Shown: piece by piece, positions 9,745-19,835 of the stretch | Numbering within the stretch: the stretch's first letter is position 1 | How the letters are laid out: each line of letters opens with the position of its first letter | Origin: a virus | DNA: 64,000 nucleotides | Virus record (IMG/VR): IMGVR_UViG_3300033388_004609 | Location: 1-64,000 of that record | Strand: one strand, 5' to 3' | Made by a program: the position numbers and the translations under genes | Notes under the pieces: generated by a model | Databases searched by the model: none | What the model saw: the letters and a program-made list of their open reading frames with translations, nothing else | Told to the model about the DNA's origin: nothing

Positions 9745-12653
9745 TATATCTTAAGTTTTACTAATTCTAATTTCATTGAAATTTTACCATATCTATCACC
9801 AGTAACTTTTAATTGTGGCCAAATTTCACCAGCAGAACCAGTCATATTCAATCTTATATCAGAATCACCAATAACCGGACTTCTAAATGTTACCGAACTA
9901 CCTCCATCAATAAACAATGCTCCTGTTGAATTAATGACACACCCTGCGTACAATTCTCTACAATAATCACCTGTGGTACCTGAATTTCCAGATTCCTGTA
10001 TCCATATAGAATTAATGTCAATAGCAAAACTAGTACCAGTAGGACAAGCAATCTTATTACTTGAATTATTCCCCGGATAAACATCATTATAATATCCTCC
10101 TGTTGTTCCACTTACATTACCATAACAATGTATAGTAGAATATTGAGCATCGCCTGTCTCACTAAATTTACCACTTGATCTTGCAAATTCACTATAATTT
10201 TCAGCTTTAGAATTTTCACCTCCTGCATTTGCATAATTATTACTTACTACATTACTCCTTCCTGACACAATACTAGAATTTCCATTCACATAATTACTGT
10301 AACCACCTACAATATTTTCGATAGAACCACCCGTTACAATATTATTATATCCTCCTACTAAATTATAATGAGATGCTTCACTAATTGTATTCTCTCTACC
10401 GCCAACAATATTATTATGTGAATAATCTATAATATTCGATTGACCACCTATAATATTCTGCGAACCAGAACCAGTAACGCTGCATGATTGTCCAAAAACA
10501 GCATTATATGCACCACCACTAATATAAGCATTTGATCCACCAATAATATTTCCTTCCGCATTTAACCCCGAACAATTACTCTTATTTCCAAAAACAAAAT
10601 TATATGATCCAACACCAGCAGTGGATTCATGACCAATTACGGTATTATATTCTCCCAAAGCTGTAGATCCCGCCCCTGTAATAACCATTGATCCTGTACC
10701 TGATGATTTCTTCCAATAATGTTCTTCTGCTCCACCAGTAGGTCCAGTAGGCCCTGTTACTGTCGAGTCGGCTCCTGTAGGTCCCGTAACTGTTGAGTCT
10801 GCCCCTGTAGGACCGGTATTGCCAGTAGGGCCAGTAACCATCGAATCAGCTCCTGTTGGACCTATTTCCCCCTGAATTCCCGTAGCACCAGTTGGACCAG
10901 TAGTATCTGAATCAGCTCCTGTAGGTCCTCGTTGTACGAATATATCCCAGTAAGTAGCTTCATTCACTCCTACTCCCGGCTCACTACCTGCAGTCGATGT
11001 ATGTGCTAATATACACACGTATCCATTACCGTTACTAAAAACACAGTCATTATATATATATGTTCCTGTTATCCATGTACCCGTCCAATTGTATGTCGCT
11101 CCAGATGATCCTGTAGGACCAGTTACAGTACTGTCTGCTCCAGTTACTCCTGTTGGTCCTATAGCTGCTTGCATAGCCATTACATGAATAGAACCTTCAT
11201 TTATTAATACTGTACCTGTATCAGTATTACTTCTCCTAAATACTCCTGTAAATCCATATGTTCCTGTTGCCAGTGCCATAGATTGATAATGAGCATATAA
11301 TGATTCGGGTTTATTATCTATATGATATTGTAAAAATTCAGGTCCTGTTACTCCATCTATGACCACCGCATATCCTCCTGTTGCTCCTGTAACACCTGTA
11401 CTCTGAACTGTAAGTGTCATTTCTGCATAAACAGGTACATTTGTATCAATTGTTATTGTACCTGTTAATCCGGGTATCTCTGTCCATACACCTGTCTGGC
11501 TCTCGATTGTAGAACTTAATTCCTGATATACATTTGGTACACTACCACCCGTTGCTGATGGTCCAACCGGCCCCAATGGTCCTGTCGGTCCAGGAGCATA
11601 TACCCCGCCGTAAAGATTCACCCACCATTCATTAAATGCACCTGATCCTGTATTACTTATTGAATTAACATTTAATAATCCACTATCAGAATCATAAGTT
11701 ACTACAGTTGCTTTAAATAATTGGCTATCTGAATGAGCAATAACAACATTCTGTCCTACTGAATAAGATCTTCCTGTACTAATAGACATACTCACATTAG
11801 TCGGGTGAGAGGAAGGGATTGTTTCTGTATCTGATGAAGTAGCAGCATATCGATCACCTAATCCATCCTCCCCATCTATCCCTGCTGTACCATCTGTCCC
11901 AGTAGATCCTGTTGGACCAGTAGGACCAGCTACTGTTGAATCAGCTCCTGTTGGGCCTCGTGCTCCAGTAGTTTCTGGAGGTCCAGTAGGTCCTGTTATA
12001 CCTGCTCCTGTAGGACCGGAAGGTCCGGTAGGCCCTGTAGATCCAGCAGCAGTTGAATCTGCACCAGTTGGACCTTTTTGTACAAACATATCCCAATATG
12101 TAGCCTCGTTTGCTCCTATTCCCGGTTCACTGCCTGCAGTTGATGTATGTGCTAATATACAAACATACCCATTACCATTGCTGAAAACACAATCGTTGTA
12201 TATATATGGTCCTGTAACCCATGGTCCAGTCCAATTATATGTTGCTCCAGACGATCCTGTAGGTCCGGTAATTGTGCTATCTGCTCCAGTAGGGCCTGTA
12301 ACTGATGAATCTGCCCCTGTTGGTCCTGTCGGTCCATCGAGCCCCTGTGATCCTGTTATCCCTCGCGATCCTGTTTCTCCTGTATCTCCCTTTGTACCTT
12401 GCAATCCGGTATTTCCTGTTGGTCCCTGACTACCTGTGATACCTGTTGGTCCAGTCGGCCCATCCACACCGGTTACTCCTACCCCAGTAGCACCAATACT
12501 TCCTGTTTCTCCTTTAGAACCTGTAACACCACTTAATGCTTTATCACCACCAAGATAGACAATATTCCCCTTCTCAGTCCTTGCAGCTTCGATATGTGTT
12601 GTACCACCTTCAATATCCGGTGATGATCCAAGAAATTTTGCTCCTGTGGCCAT
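9744..12653 (-). CDS. collagen-like (GPT-repeat) fibre protein
   Basis: Several G-P-T/G-x-T collagen tracts, duplicated CBM5/12-like module, C-terminal beta-roll (NIIGG) repeats. Confidence 0.85.
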   Translation of the reverse strand: MATGAKFLGSSPDIEGGTTHIEAARTEKGNIVYLGGDKALSGVTGSKGETGSIGATGVGVTGVDGPTGPTGITGSQGPTGNTGLQGTKGDTGETGSRGITGSQGLDGPTGPTGADSSVTGPTGADSTITGPTGSSGATYNWTGPWVTGPYIYNDCVFSNGNGYVCILAHTSTAGSEPGIGANEATYWDMFVQKGPTGADSTAAGSTGPTGPSGPTGAGITGPTGPPETTGARGPTGADSTVAGPTGPTGSTGTDGTAGIDGEDGLGDRYAATSSDTETIPSSHPTNVSMSISTGRSYSVGQNVVIAHSDSQLFKATVVTYDSDSGLLNVNSISNTGSGAFNEWWVNLYGGVYAPGPTGPLGPVGPSATGGSVPNVYQELSSTIESQTGVWTEIPGLTGTITIDTNVPVYAEMTLTVQSTGVTGATGGYAVVIDGVTGPEFLQYHIDNKPESLYAHYQSMALATGTYGFTGVFRRSNTDTGTVLINEGSIHVMAMQAAIGPTGVTGADSTVTGPTGSSGATYNWTGTWITGTYIYNDCVFSNGNGYVCILAHTSTAGSEPGVGVNEATYWDIFVQRGPTGADSDTTGPTGATGIQGEIGPTGADSMVTGPTGNTGPTGADSTVTGPTGADSTVTGPTGPTGGAEEHYWKKSSGTGSMVITGAGSTALGEYNTVIGHESTAGVGSYNFVFGNKSNCSGLNAEGNIIGGSNAYISGGAYNAVFGQSCSVTGSGSQNIIGGQSNIIDYSHNNIVGGRENTISEASHYNLVGGYNNIVTGGSIENIVGGYSNYVNGNSSIVSGRSNVVSNNYANAGGENSKAENYSEFARSSGKFSETGDAQYSTIHCYGNVSGTTGGYYNDVYPGNNSSNKIACPTGTSFAIDINSIWIQESGNSGTTGDYCRELYAGCVINSTGALFIDGGSSVTFRSPVIGDSDIRLNMTGSAGEIWPQLKVTGDRYGKISMKLELVKLKI

Positions 12654-12688
12654 AATTAATATTCTTCAAACATTCTTCAAATATTCTT

Positions 12689-13450
12689 CTAAAACTCTAC
12701 TTCTACTTCTCTAAAGTCAAGTATTTGATTAATCTCAGCAATTATATTATCAAGTGCCGTTTCGTTTGCTGATGTTATAGCACTTTTTAATGATTGTAGT
12801 AATCCATTAGCAGTTATTGCATCTGCAAGATAAAGATCTCTTTCAGTACCACTAGTCATTCTTGCAATATTAGCAAACATTGTTTCTATTCCTGCTTCTG
12901 CATTACAATAAACATATGGATAAAAAGTACTCTTGTACATTACTGTACCGGTAGATGCTCCATCATCAGCAACCCAAGTAGCAGCAACATGGAAATTATT
13001 AGCATCAACTACCGTGGCATAATAATCAGCATTATAGTTTGTAGTCCCAGTAATAGAAGCATACATACCTGTGGTAAGACCGTGTCCTGTAGCATTAATT
13101 AATACTGCACCATCAACAGTTGCACCATAATCAGCATACGAAGCTATTGCAAAATCAACAGTTTTTAATGAATAAACAAAGTTATATAAACCATCTACAT
13201 AGGTCCCTGTTATATCATTGAAATCGAATGTACTTGTTACCGGTGAACTAATCTGTGATAACACATTATTATCAGTATATGTTGCAGAGGGAGTTATTAC
13301 ACGAACTATTGCTTCTGTAAGAGTAGATGAATCCAAGCCGGATACACCATCCCATTTATCTCCATCTCCTGTATCAACACCTGTCTTCTCTTCGATACGG
13401 AATACTTTGCATCGTTGTGCTACCGTTAAATCCAGATCTGGTGTAAACAT
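12689..13450 (-). CDS. virion structural protein
   Basis: Beta-rich with HGLTTGMYASITG insertion; in structural block. Confidence 0.55.
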   Translation of the reverse strand: MFTPDLDLTVAQRCKVFRIEEKTGVDTGDGDKWDGVSGLDSSTLTEAIVRVITPSATYTDNNVLSQISSPVTSTFDFNDITGTYVDGLYNFVYSLKTVDFAIASYADYGATVDGAVLINATGHGLTTGMYASITGTTNYNADYYATVVDANNFHVAATWVADDGASTGTVMYKSTFYPYVYCNAEAGIETMFANIARMTSGTERDLYLADAITANGLLQSLKSAITSANETALDNIIAEINQILDFREVEVEF

Positions 13451-13472
13451 TATTTATTCTCCTTTCTTGTTT

Positions 13473-13510
13473 AAAAAAAGAGGGAAGAGGAAAAAATCCT
13501 CATTTCTCCT
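13473..13510 (-). terminator. possible intrinsic terminator
   Basis: GAGG-ATTTTTT-CCTC stem followed by a U-tract just after the stop of 13509..14798. Confidence 0.4.
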
Positions 13511-14798
13511 ATCCGTTTGTCATCGTGGTATAAGCATCCAGAACATCACTTACAATATCCGGAGCTTCAGCGCCTGTAAATCCTGCTTTAAAAGCAAGTA
13601 TTAATTGCTTCTTGCGTCTTGGAGTGGCACCAACACCCTCAGTTGGATGATCACTATAATAAGTCATACTTATCTGATCATAATAACCGCTTGTTGCTGC
13701 ATCACTCTTATGTGCTGACCACATTGGATCTGCATTATAAGGATTACCAGCATTACCCAAAAGATCATATTCCAATTCGGCAATCTCTGCATAATAACCA
13801 TGACCAAGAGACATTTCCGTACTTGTTGCAGATACAGTATCTCCAAATCCATCATCCAATCCTACATCAAAAGATACTTTACTATACCTTTTCTTAGGCA
13901 TACTAAACGCTCTTGCAATACCGGTAAGCTTAAGACCGAAGTCTGCAGCATTAGCAGTTGCAGCTAACAATACCTGGCAATAACCACTACCGGTTGCATA
14001 CGCACCACTCGCGGCTTCAATGGGTCTGTCAACCGAAAACTGTGTACCTGAATCAAGTGATAACACTTTATATATACCATCAGTTAATACATTCTCAGTC
14101 GTGCTTGTAACACCAAACCTTACATAGTCTCCTACTGCCAATTCAGTACCGGTATTATACTGACTGTTCGTTCCAACAGTTACGGCTTTTTCTCCCTTAA
14201 CAATAGTACATGTATGATCAAAGTCATATGCTGTATCTACTGCTACACTATTAAGTAATTCAGACTTAATAGGTTGCACTGCTTGCCTGCGAAGAGTATT
14301 TGACAATATAAGAGCTAATCCATTAGCAATCTCTGCTTGTGTTGCAGCAGCATCAGATTTATAAGCACCATTAAGAATAATCTCTTGACCAAATCCTGTA
14401 AGATCTTGTTCTTTTAACAGTAACCTTATAACATATAAAGTACTGTTATTTACTTCAATGTCATTTGCAGAACCATTATAACCGATATATGAAATCTGTT
14501 CTGCAATAGCAGTATCAGTCTGACCTTTGTAATTCAGAATATTATCCTCTGGAATCAGATCACTCTCAATCAGTTTTGAACCACTACGTTGTATAATCTT
14601 ACAACCGTATTTTTTTACCAAGTCATCTGTTAAAACAGTTGTAGCACTTAGTACGATATTATGACTATTAACAACAGCCATTTCACCATCCGCCAAATAT
14701 GTATCGGTGGCTTCATAAATTGGACTATCGGCAGAAGTTGTAGGGCTTGCTCCGATATCTTTGCCAATCAATAATTGCATTACATCATTTTGTGTCAT
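13509..14798 (-). CDS. auxiliary capsid/structural protein (crAss-like)
   Basis: Size, position after ring proteins, G.G....IAELE motif. Confidence 0.55.
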   Translation of the reverse strand: MTQNDVMQLLIGKDIGASPTTSADSPIYEATDTYLADGEMAVVNSHNIVLSATTVLTDDLVKKYGCKIIQRSGSKLIESDLIPEDNILNYKGQTDTAIAEQISYIGYNGSANDIEVNNSTLYVIRLLLKEQDLTGFGQEIILNGAYKSDAAATQAEIANGLALILSNTLRRQAVQPIKSELLNSVAVDTAYDFDHTCTIVKGEKAVTVGTNSQYNTGTELAVGDYVRFGVTSTTENVLTDGIYKVLSLDSGTQFSVDRPIEAASGAYATGSGYCQVLLAATANAADFGLKLTGIARAFSMPKKRYSKVSFDVGLDDGFGDTVSATSTEMSLGHGYYAEIAELEYDLLGNAGNPYNADPMWSAHKSDAATSGYYDQISMTYYSDHPTEGVGATPRRKKQLILAFKAGFTGAEAPDIVSDVLDAYTTMTNG

Positions 14799-14857
14799 TT
14801 TCTTAAAGTATTAAATTCAACAATAATAATTTTCTATCTTAAATATATTTAAAGGAA

Positions 14858-15097
14858 CTATTCAAAGTCCCATAAAAATCCTTTGTATTTAGTTTTGTTT
14901 TTCAAAGCACGTAAAAGATTTGGCCTATTCAATTCCAATTTCTTTACTGCATGATCAACAGACAAAAATGCATCAATCACTCCAAGGGATTCAGCATCCA
15001 GCTGAACAATTGGTGCAAGCTTTTCTTTTGTTTCTTTTGTTTCTTTAACAGGTTTTGCTTTTGCTAGCCTGCGTGCTCTTAAATATCTTTTACTCAT
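14858..15097 (-). CDS. NUMOD1/IENR1-like small DNA-binding protein
   Basis: IVQLD......F.S...A...L......I..AL......YKGFLW pattern; basic N-terminus. Confidence 0.6.
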   Translation of the reverse strand: MSKRYLRARRLAKAKPVKETKETKEKLAPIVQLDAESLGVIDAFLSVDHAVKKLELNRPNLLRALKNKTKYKGFLWDFE

Positions 15098-15100
15098 GGT

Positions 15101-15808
15101 TTAAGTGTTATTAGTTTGTAATTTTCCTTCCTGAGCTAATCTATATTTCAATGTCTCAATAGCAAGATCAACCGCTATTTTTACTATCTCATTATGTACG
15201 CTCTCATTCAACTCACAAGGAACATTAGTGATTATCACAATCTTCTGCGGTCGTTTAATATATCTTATATGATAGTTCGTAATCGTCGTATCACTATCAG
15301 AAATTAATTCATGCATTATTGTACCGGTACTATCACCCTGGTAATCCATCCGCCATATAACCTCTTTCCCGGGTTTCTTAAACGGATTATTAATATCCAT
15401 CAAGTAATTATCATGCTTTACCGGTTTAACCTTTGCCATCTTTGTTGCAGTTTCATCGTTACAATCCGTGTATTGCACCGTACAATCTTCTTTAAGAGAG
15501 TATAAAAAATCACTACTCATCTCTGCAAACACAGCATTATCATGTAATGCAGATGAACTAGTATCAAACTGCCCACCTGTATAATTAGCATCACATATTA
15601 ATTCGTTTAATTCTCTCCTTGTTTTCTCATTTGATTCAAAGAACCTTTTATCATCTGTTCTGTCTTTACTGTATCCCCCTTCAACTATTATTTCCTGTGC
15701 TCTATTTAAAAATGTCTGTATTTCATGTGATTGGAATCTTCCAAATCCATAATTATTAATTTGTCCATAAAGAACATCAAACTCATAATGCATTTCTATT
15801 CCAGTCAT
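15101..15808 (-). CDS. tail ring protein (crAss-like)
   Basis: EI..FLN.AQ, YIKRP, CEL....H.EIV..AV motifs, shared with neighbouring paralogues. Confidence 0.75.
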   Translation of the reverse strand: MTGIEMHYEFDVLYGQINNYGFGRFQSHEIQTFLNRAQEIIVEGGYSKDRTDDKRFFESNEKTRRELNELICDANYTGGQFDTSSSALHDNAVFAEMSSDFLYSLKEDCTVQYTDCNDETATKMAKVKPVKHDNYLMDINNPFKKPGKEVIWRMDYQGDSTGTIMHELISDSDTTITNYHIRYIKRPQKIVIITNVPCELNESVHNEIVKIAVDLAIETLKYRLAQEGKLQTNNT

Positions 15809-15814
15809 TTCTTC

Positions 15815-16687
15815 TTATTGTGTTGTTTGTTTTTCCGATTTAATATTCAATCTAAACTTTGCTTCCTCGATATACATTTTTACTGCTAATTGTAAAATGT
15901 CATCATGTGTATGATATGAAAATTCACATTCATCTGTTTCAGATATAGCATCGTATGGCGTACAAACAGAACCGGAAGTTAATGTATTCTGAGAAACAAC
16001 TTTAGTGATATAATCACCTTTTTGATATGTGGCACCCATATATACCGATGTTTCAAGTGCTCTCATTTTTATTCCAGTCCCTATCCCACTTAACAATGTT
16101 CCCCCTGATGCAAATGTTTCATAATTGGTATCAAAATTATATGGTCTCCTTAAATAAGTAAGAGAAACATTAGGCAAAGTAGCAGTATAAGTATCATGGA
16201 TAATATATATTCTATCACTCTCCTCGAATACTACAATAGGATTTCTTAATATAGGATAATTCCATGGAGTAGATATTAAAACATCTATCTCCGAATGTGG
16301 AACTATTCGATTAGGAACATATTTTGCTGAAGCAATCTCAATAGCATCCGATCGCGTTACCTGTGAATCGGATCTCACATAATAAACATAATCATCCAAC
16401 ATATCAATATACTTTGCTTTCCCGCTATAAACACCTAATGTTGCTGGACTAGTAGAAAAAACAACAGTCTTAATGAAATTTTTTAAATCATCCGAACGCT
16501 GTTGAATATATCTAACATTCTCTTCGGTCGTAGGCAAACTAATATATTTCTCTTTAAGATACCTTATCTGTGCTTGAGCAATAAATTTAAATACAGTAAA
16601 TGTGTCAGGTCTTTCTTCAGAAATAAATGCACTACTCATTTCCTGAATAACCCTTTCAAATTGTATTTGAAAATCAATGCCTCTCAT
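15815..16687 (-). CDS. tail ring protein (crAss-like)
   Basis: Paralogous motifs: FI.QAQ, YLRRP, CE....HDDI..LAV. Confidence 0.7.
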   Translation of the reverse strand: MRGIDFQIQFERVIQEMSSAFISEERPDTFTVFKFIAQAQIRYLKEKYISLPTTEENVRYIQQRSDDLKNFIKTVVFSTSPATLGVYSGKAKYIDMLDDYVYYVRSDSQVTRSDAIEIASAKYVPNRIVPHSEIDVLISTPWNYPILRNPIVVFEESDRIYIIHDTYTATLPNVSLTYLRRPYNFDTNYETFASGGTLLSGIGTGIKMRALETSVYMGATYQKGDYITKVVSQNTLTSGSVCTPYDAISETDECEFSYHTHDDILQLAVKMYIEEAKFRLNIKSEKQTTQ

Positions 16688-16689
16688 TA

Positions 16690-17385
16690 TTATTGTGTTT
16701 TAACTGTTTTTTCTTCAATAACCTTTGTTTCGAATCTTTGATCTTGTGATACCTGCATTGCTTCTCTAACTGCCATATCAACAATTTCCTGATGTGTATA
16801 ATCTTCCAAATCACAACCACCATCAACAATCAATGCAGTAGGTTTTTTAATATATCCTAAATGACATTTATGGTCAGTATCAAGATAACCCGTTGTGTAT
16901 GCATCAAAAATAATATAGACAACATCCCCTGAAACATAATACTTCGGTCGCTTAAAGCGTGGTTTATTAAATCCTGTTGTATCAAATTTCCTCGCATACT
17001 CTATTTTTACAAAATCACACTTAATCCATTCCTTGGTCATAATCGGTTCTGTGCGTGTTACCTGTGCTGATAAATTAATTATAAACATTAAATCAGACGC
17101 ATCAATTGAAAGACTAATTCCTTTTGACCTTGAAAAATACGAATTGTTTGAATATACAGTTGCTAATACTCCAGTCATTAGAGGTCGGAGATCAGCCACC
17201 CGTTTTTGATTATCCTCAAATGCAGGTGGTCTGAATTTCTCTCCAAACATTCTTTCTTTAATGAAATTATCTTGTGCATTATTCAGAAACAACAATATCT
17301 CACTGTCCTCATAACCTGGAGCAGCAAGATTTGTCATCTTGTCATAATACTGACTAAAACTTGTAATCATTTCATTTACCGTCAT
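16690..17385 (-). CDS. tail ring protein (crAss-like)
   Basis: EILLFLNNAQ, YIKKP, CDL...THQEIV..AV motifs. Confidence 0.75.
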   Translation of the reverse strand: MTVNEMITSFSQYYDKMTNLAAPGYEDSEILLFLNNAQDNFIKERMFGEKFRPPAFEDNQKRVADLRPLMTGVLATVYSNNSYFSRSKGISLSIDASDLMFIINLSAQVTRTEPIMTKEWIKCDFVKIEYARKFDTTGFNKPRFKRPKYYVSGDVVYIIFDAYTTGYLDTDHKCHLGYIKKPTALIVDGGCDLEDYTHQEIVDMAVREAMQVSQDQRFETKVIEEKTVKTQ

Positions 17386-17391
17386 GATAAA

Positions 17392-18279
17392 TTACTCCTT
17401 AGTATTTTCAACCTGCTGAATTAATTTCATTTCAAAATCCTGATTCCTTGAATCTTTTATAAACTCAATTACATCATCCAATACACCAATTGGCTTATCG
17501 GCACCAGGGACAAAATATAAATGTTTCTGCCTGATAAGTGCCCCGCAATTAGTTGACTTTTGAATAAGTAATTTAACCTCATAATTCTCATCCTTTAATA
17601 TCTCAAGAAATAATTGCAGATCCTCATCAATTACCTTTCCGAGTTCTGCCTTACACCATTCGATCGAAGCATCACGAGGTGGCCTCTTAGCCTCTTTCTT
17701 ATTCAAGTAATAAACATAAAGGAAATCTTTCATTTTCGTTACCGAATAATCAATCTTCCCAAATAATTTATAAGCCTCTTTAACATCCTCAACCTTCGTA
17801 ACCTTCTCTTCAATTTCTTCTCCTTCTGCCACAATAGCAAATTTGTAAGTTCCCTTTTCAAACCTGCTTTTCCAATCTTGTGCAATCCGATTAGTATCTG
17901 ATCGTAAAATTAAATACTTCACAAAATCAATTGGATTAGAGAGATCAAGTGTTAATCCGTTCTTATCAAGAGAAACCGTATTTCCAATCCAGTAATTTTT
18001 CTTAACATGAACATTTAATCTTGATTCATCATCTATACCAACTTCTGCAGCAAATTTCTTCTTATCATCATATTCGTCATCCTTCACAAAATCATATAAA
18101 GGATCAATAATTACGTTCCCGTGTGTTATCGGAACAACGATCCCCATGGTAGCTCCATCATTCATGAAAGAGCTATCATGAGATTCGGGTACCCATCCGC
18201 CTTTTCTACGAATAGGTCTTACTGTAACTTTCTTCTTCCGGAGATCCCGGATTTTTCTACTATAAGCATTTGTCTCCAT
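17392..18279 (-). CDS. conserved crAss-like structural protein downstream of MCP
   Basis: LDLSNP.D...Y..L motif; synteny. Confidence 0.6.
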   Translation of the reverse strand: METNAYSRKIRDLRKKKVTVRPIRRKGGWVPESHDSSFMNDGATMGIVVPITHGNVIIDPLYDFVKDDEYDDKKKFAAEVGIDDESRLNVHVKKNYWIGNTVSLDKNGLTLDLSNPIDFVKYLILRSDTNRIAQDWKSRFEKGTYKFAIVAEGEEIEEKVTKVEDVKEAYKLFGKIDYSVTKMKDFLYVYYLNKKEAKRPPRDASIEWCKAELGKVIDEDLQLFLEILKDENYEVKLLIQKSTNCGALIRQKHLYFVPGADKPIGVLDDVIEFIKDSRNQDFEMKLIQQVENTKE

Positions 18280-18323
18280 GCTATTTTACCTCCTTATATT
18301 AATTAATAATTCAATTACTTATT

Positions 18324-19808
18324 TTACGCAAGTACACTAGGTTTAATGGTAGCACACCTTGTAGGATCTTTAACCATTACACCACGGGTTGTAGCCCTGT
18401 GAATAGTGTATCCATCTTCCGGTGAAGCCATTGTTCTAGTTTTACCTTGTATCTGAAACGGATCACGAAGACCTGGAATATACCCCATAAAGTCTTCCAT
18501 TCCTTTTTCAAGAACCAACTTAATATTATCCTCACCACCTACACGACCAACATTAAGAATCTGATAAACATAAGACTGAGCAACCCCTTTTCCAGATGGA
18601 TGCAAAATCTTATTTCTCTCTCTGTCGTCAAATGTAGGATCGACCATAACACCAAGTTTAGTACCGTCGGGACCCATATACTCGATAAAGTTTTCATGCA
18701 ATCCCCATCCCTTACCTGTCTTATACAACATATCTAAGTTCCTAAGTGGAGTATAGAGTTGTGTATAATTTTTCAGGGATTTATGGAAATTGTATGCTCC
18801 CCATTTACCGGTACGCATAATAACCTCCCGGCTATCACCGTATCCACCATGAGAATCATCTGTAAGGTCCATAATAGCTTCTGTAAGCCATTCAATATCC
18901 AGATCGAAATCATTGTAGAAAAGCATATTTCCACTTTCGATCTGCTCTTCTAATCCTGCACCTTGTTCAATTATGAACCCGGAACTACCTTTTTGCTTGA
19001 ATGTTCCATCATCAGCTTTATTGGTAGATGCAAAATTAGTCAGTTTGTCAGCCATGTCCTGGAACTGCTGTTCAAATTCCCAGTCAGCATAATCCTGCCA
19101 TGTCTTCATTATTGTTTCTTTACCGTCAGAATCAACTGCTTTCCATGCAAATGCCACGGGACGATTAATCATATTACCCGGCCTGGTATCCTGCATACGA
19201 ATCATAGAGAAAGTGTTCTTCATAGAGAAAGGACTGGTGTAGGAAGGTGTTCCACCCTTGATGGATAGAGTCTTTTCTACAATAGACCATTCTTTTGAGA
19301 ACCGCTTACCTGCTACTAATTCAGCATATGGAATATACAGATCCGGATCACCGGTAAATAATTCGCATTCATAATCCCAATTCGTCCCGTTAGGGGTTGG
19401 AATATCTACAATACGAATAGGATATACGGAATTCTGCTCACCAACAATTAAGTTAGTGTCTGAAAAATACTGCTCAGGAAAAGTCAGTGTAAACCTTGCT
19501 CCGTTTATACCTGTCCTGCTTGTTGCAGAAATTGCAGATCCGTTAACATAACATGCGACTAAAGGAATATTCTTTTTAGAACTTCCTTGTAATCTCCAGC
19601 GGAAATCATCATCCGTTGGTAGTGTCAATGTATTAAATTTATTCAAAAATATCGAAAAATTAATACCTCTATTTGCCTTATATAGCAAACTTACTAACTT
19701 ACTCGTTTCCTGGGGTTGCGTTTGATATATCGCTCCCAAGTGGTTCTTGGTTGTTAAACCAGCCCATTCGGTAGGAAAGTACTCTTGTAATGGTGATACT
19801 TGTTGCAT
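18324..19808 (-). CDS. major capsid protein (crAss-like)
   Basis: 494 aa; GLTTKNHLG N-terminus, GAGL.EQI, G..V.DPTR C-terminus; portal-scaffold-MCP order. Confidence 0.9.
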   Translation of the reverse strand: MQQVSPLQEYFPTEWAGLTTKNHLGAIYQTQPQETSKLVSLLYKANRGINFSIFLNKFNTLTLPTDDDFRWRLQGSSKKNIPLVACYVNGSAISATSRTGINGARFTLTFPEQYFSDTNLIVGEQNSVYPIRIVDIPTPNGTNWDYECELFTGDPDLYIPYAELVAGKRFSKEWSIVEKTLSIKGGTPSYTSPFSMKNTFSMIRMQDTRPGNMINRPVAFAWKAVDSDGKETIMKTWQDYADWEFEQQFQDMADKLTNFASTNKADDGTFKQKGSSGFIIEQGAGLEEQIESGNMLFYNDFDLDIEWLTEAIMDLTDDSHGGYGDSREVIMRTGKWGAYNFHKSLKNYTQLYTPLRNLDMLYKTGKGWGLHENFIEYMGPDGTKLGVMVDPTFDDRERNKILHPSGKGVAQSYVYQILNVGRVGGEDNIKLVLEKGMEDFMGYIPGLRDPFQIQGKTRTMASPEDGYTIHRATTRGVMVKDPTRCATIKPSVLA

Positions 19809-19835
19809 TTATATAAAATTTAAAAATGGTTTTTC

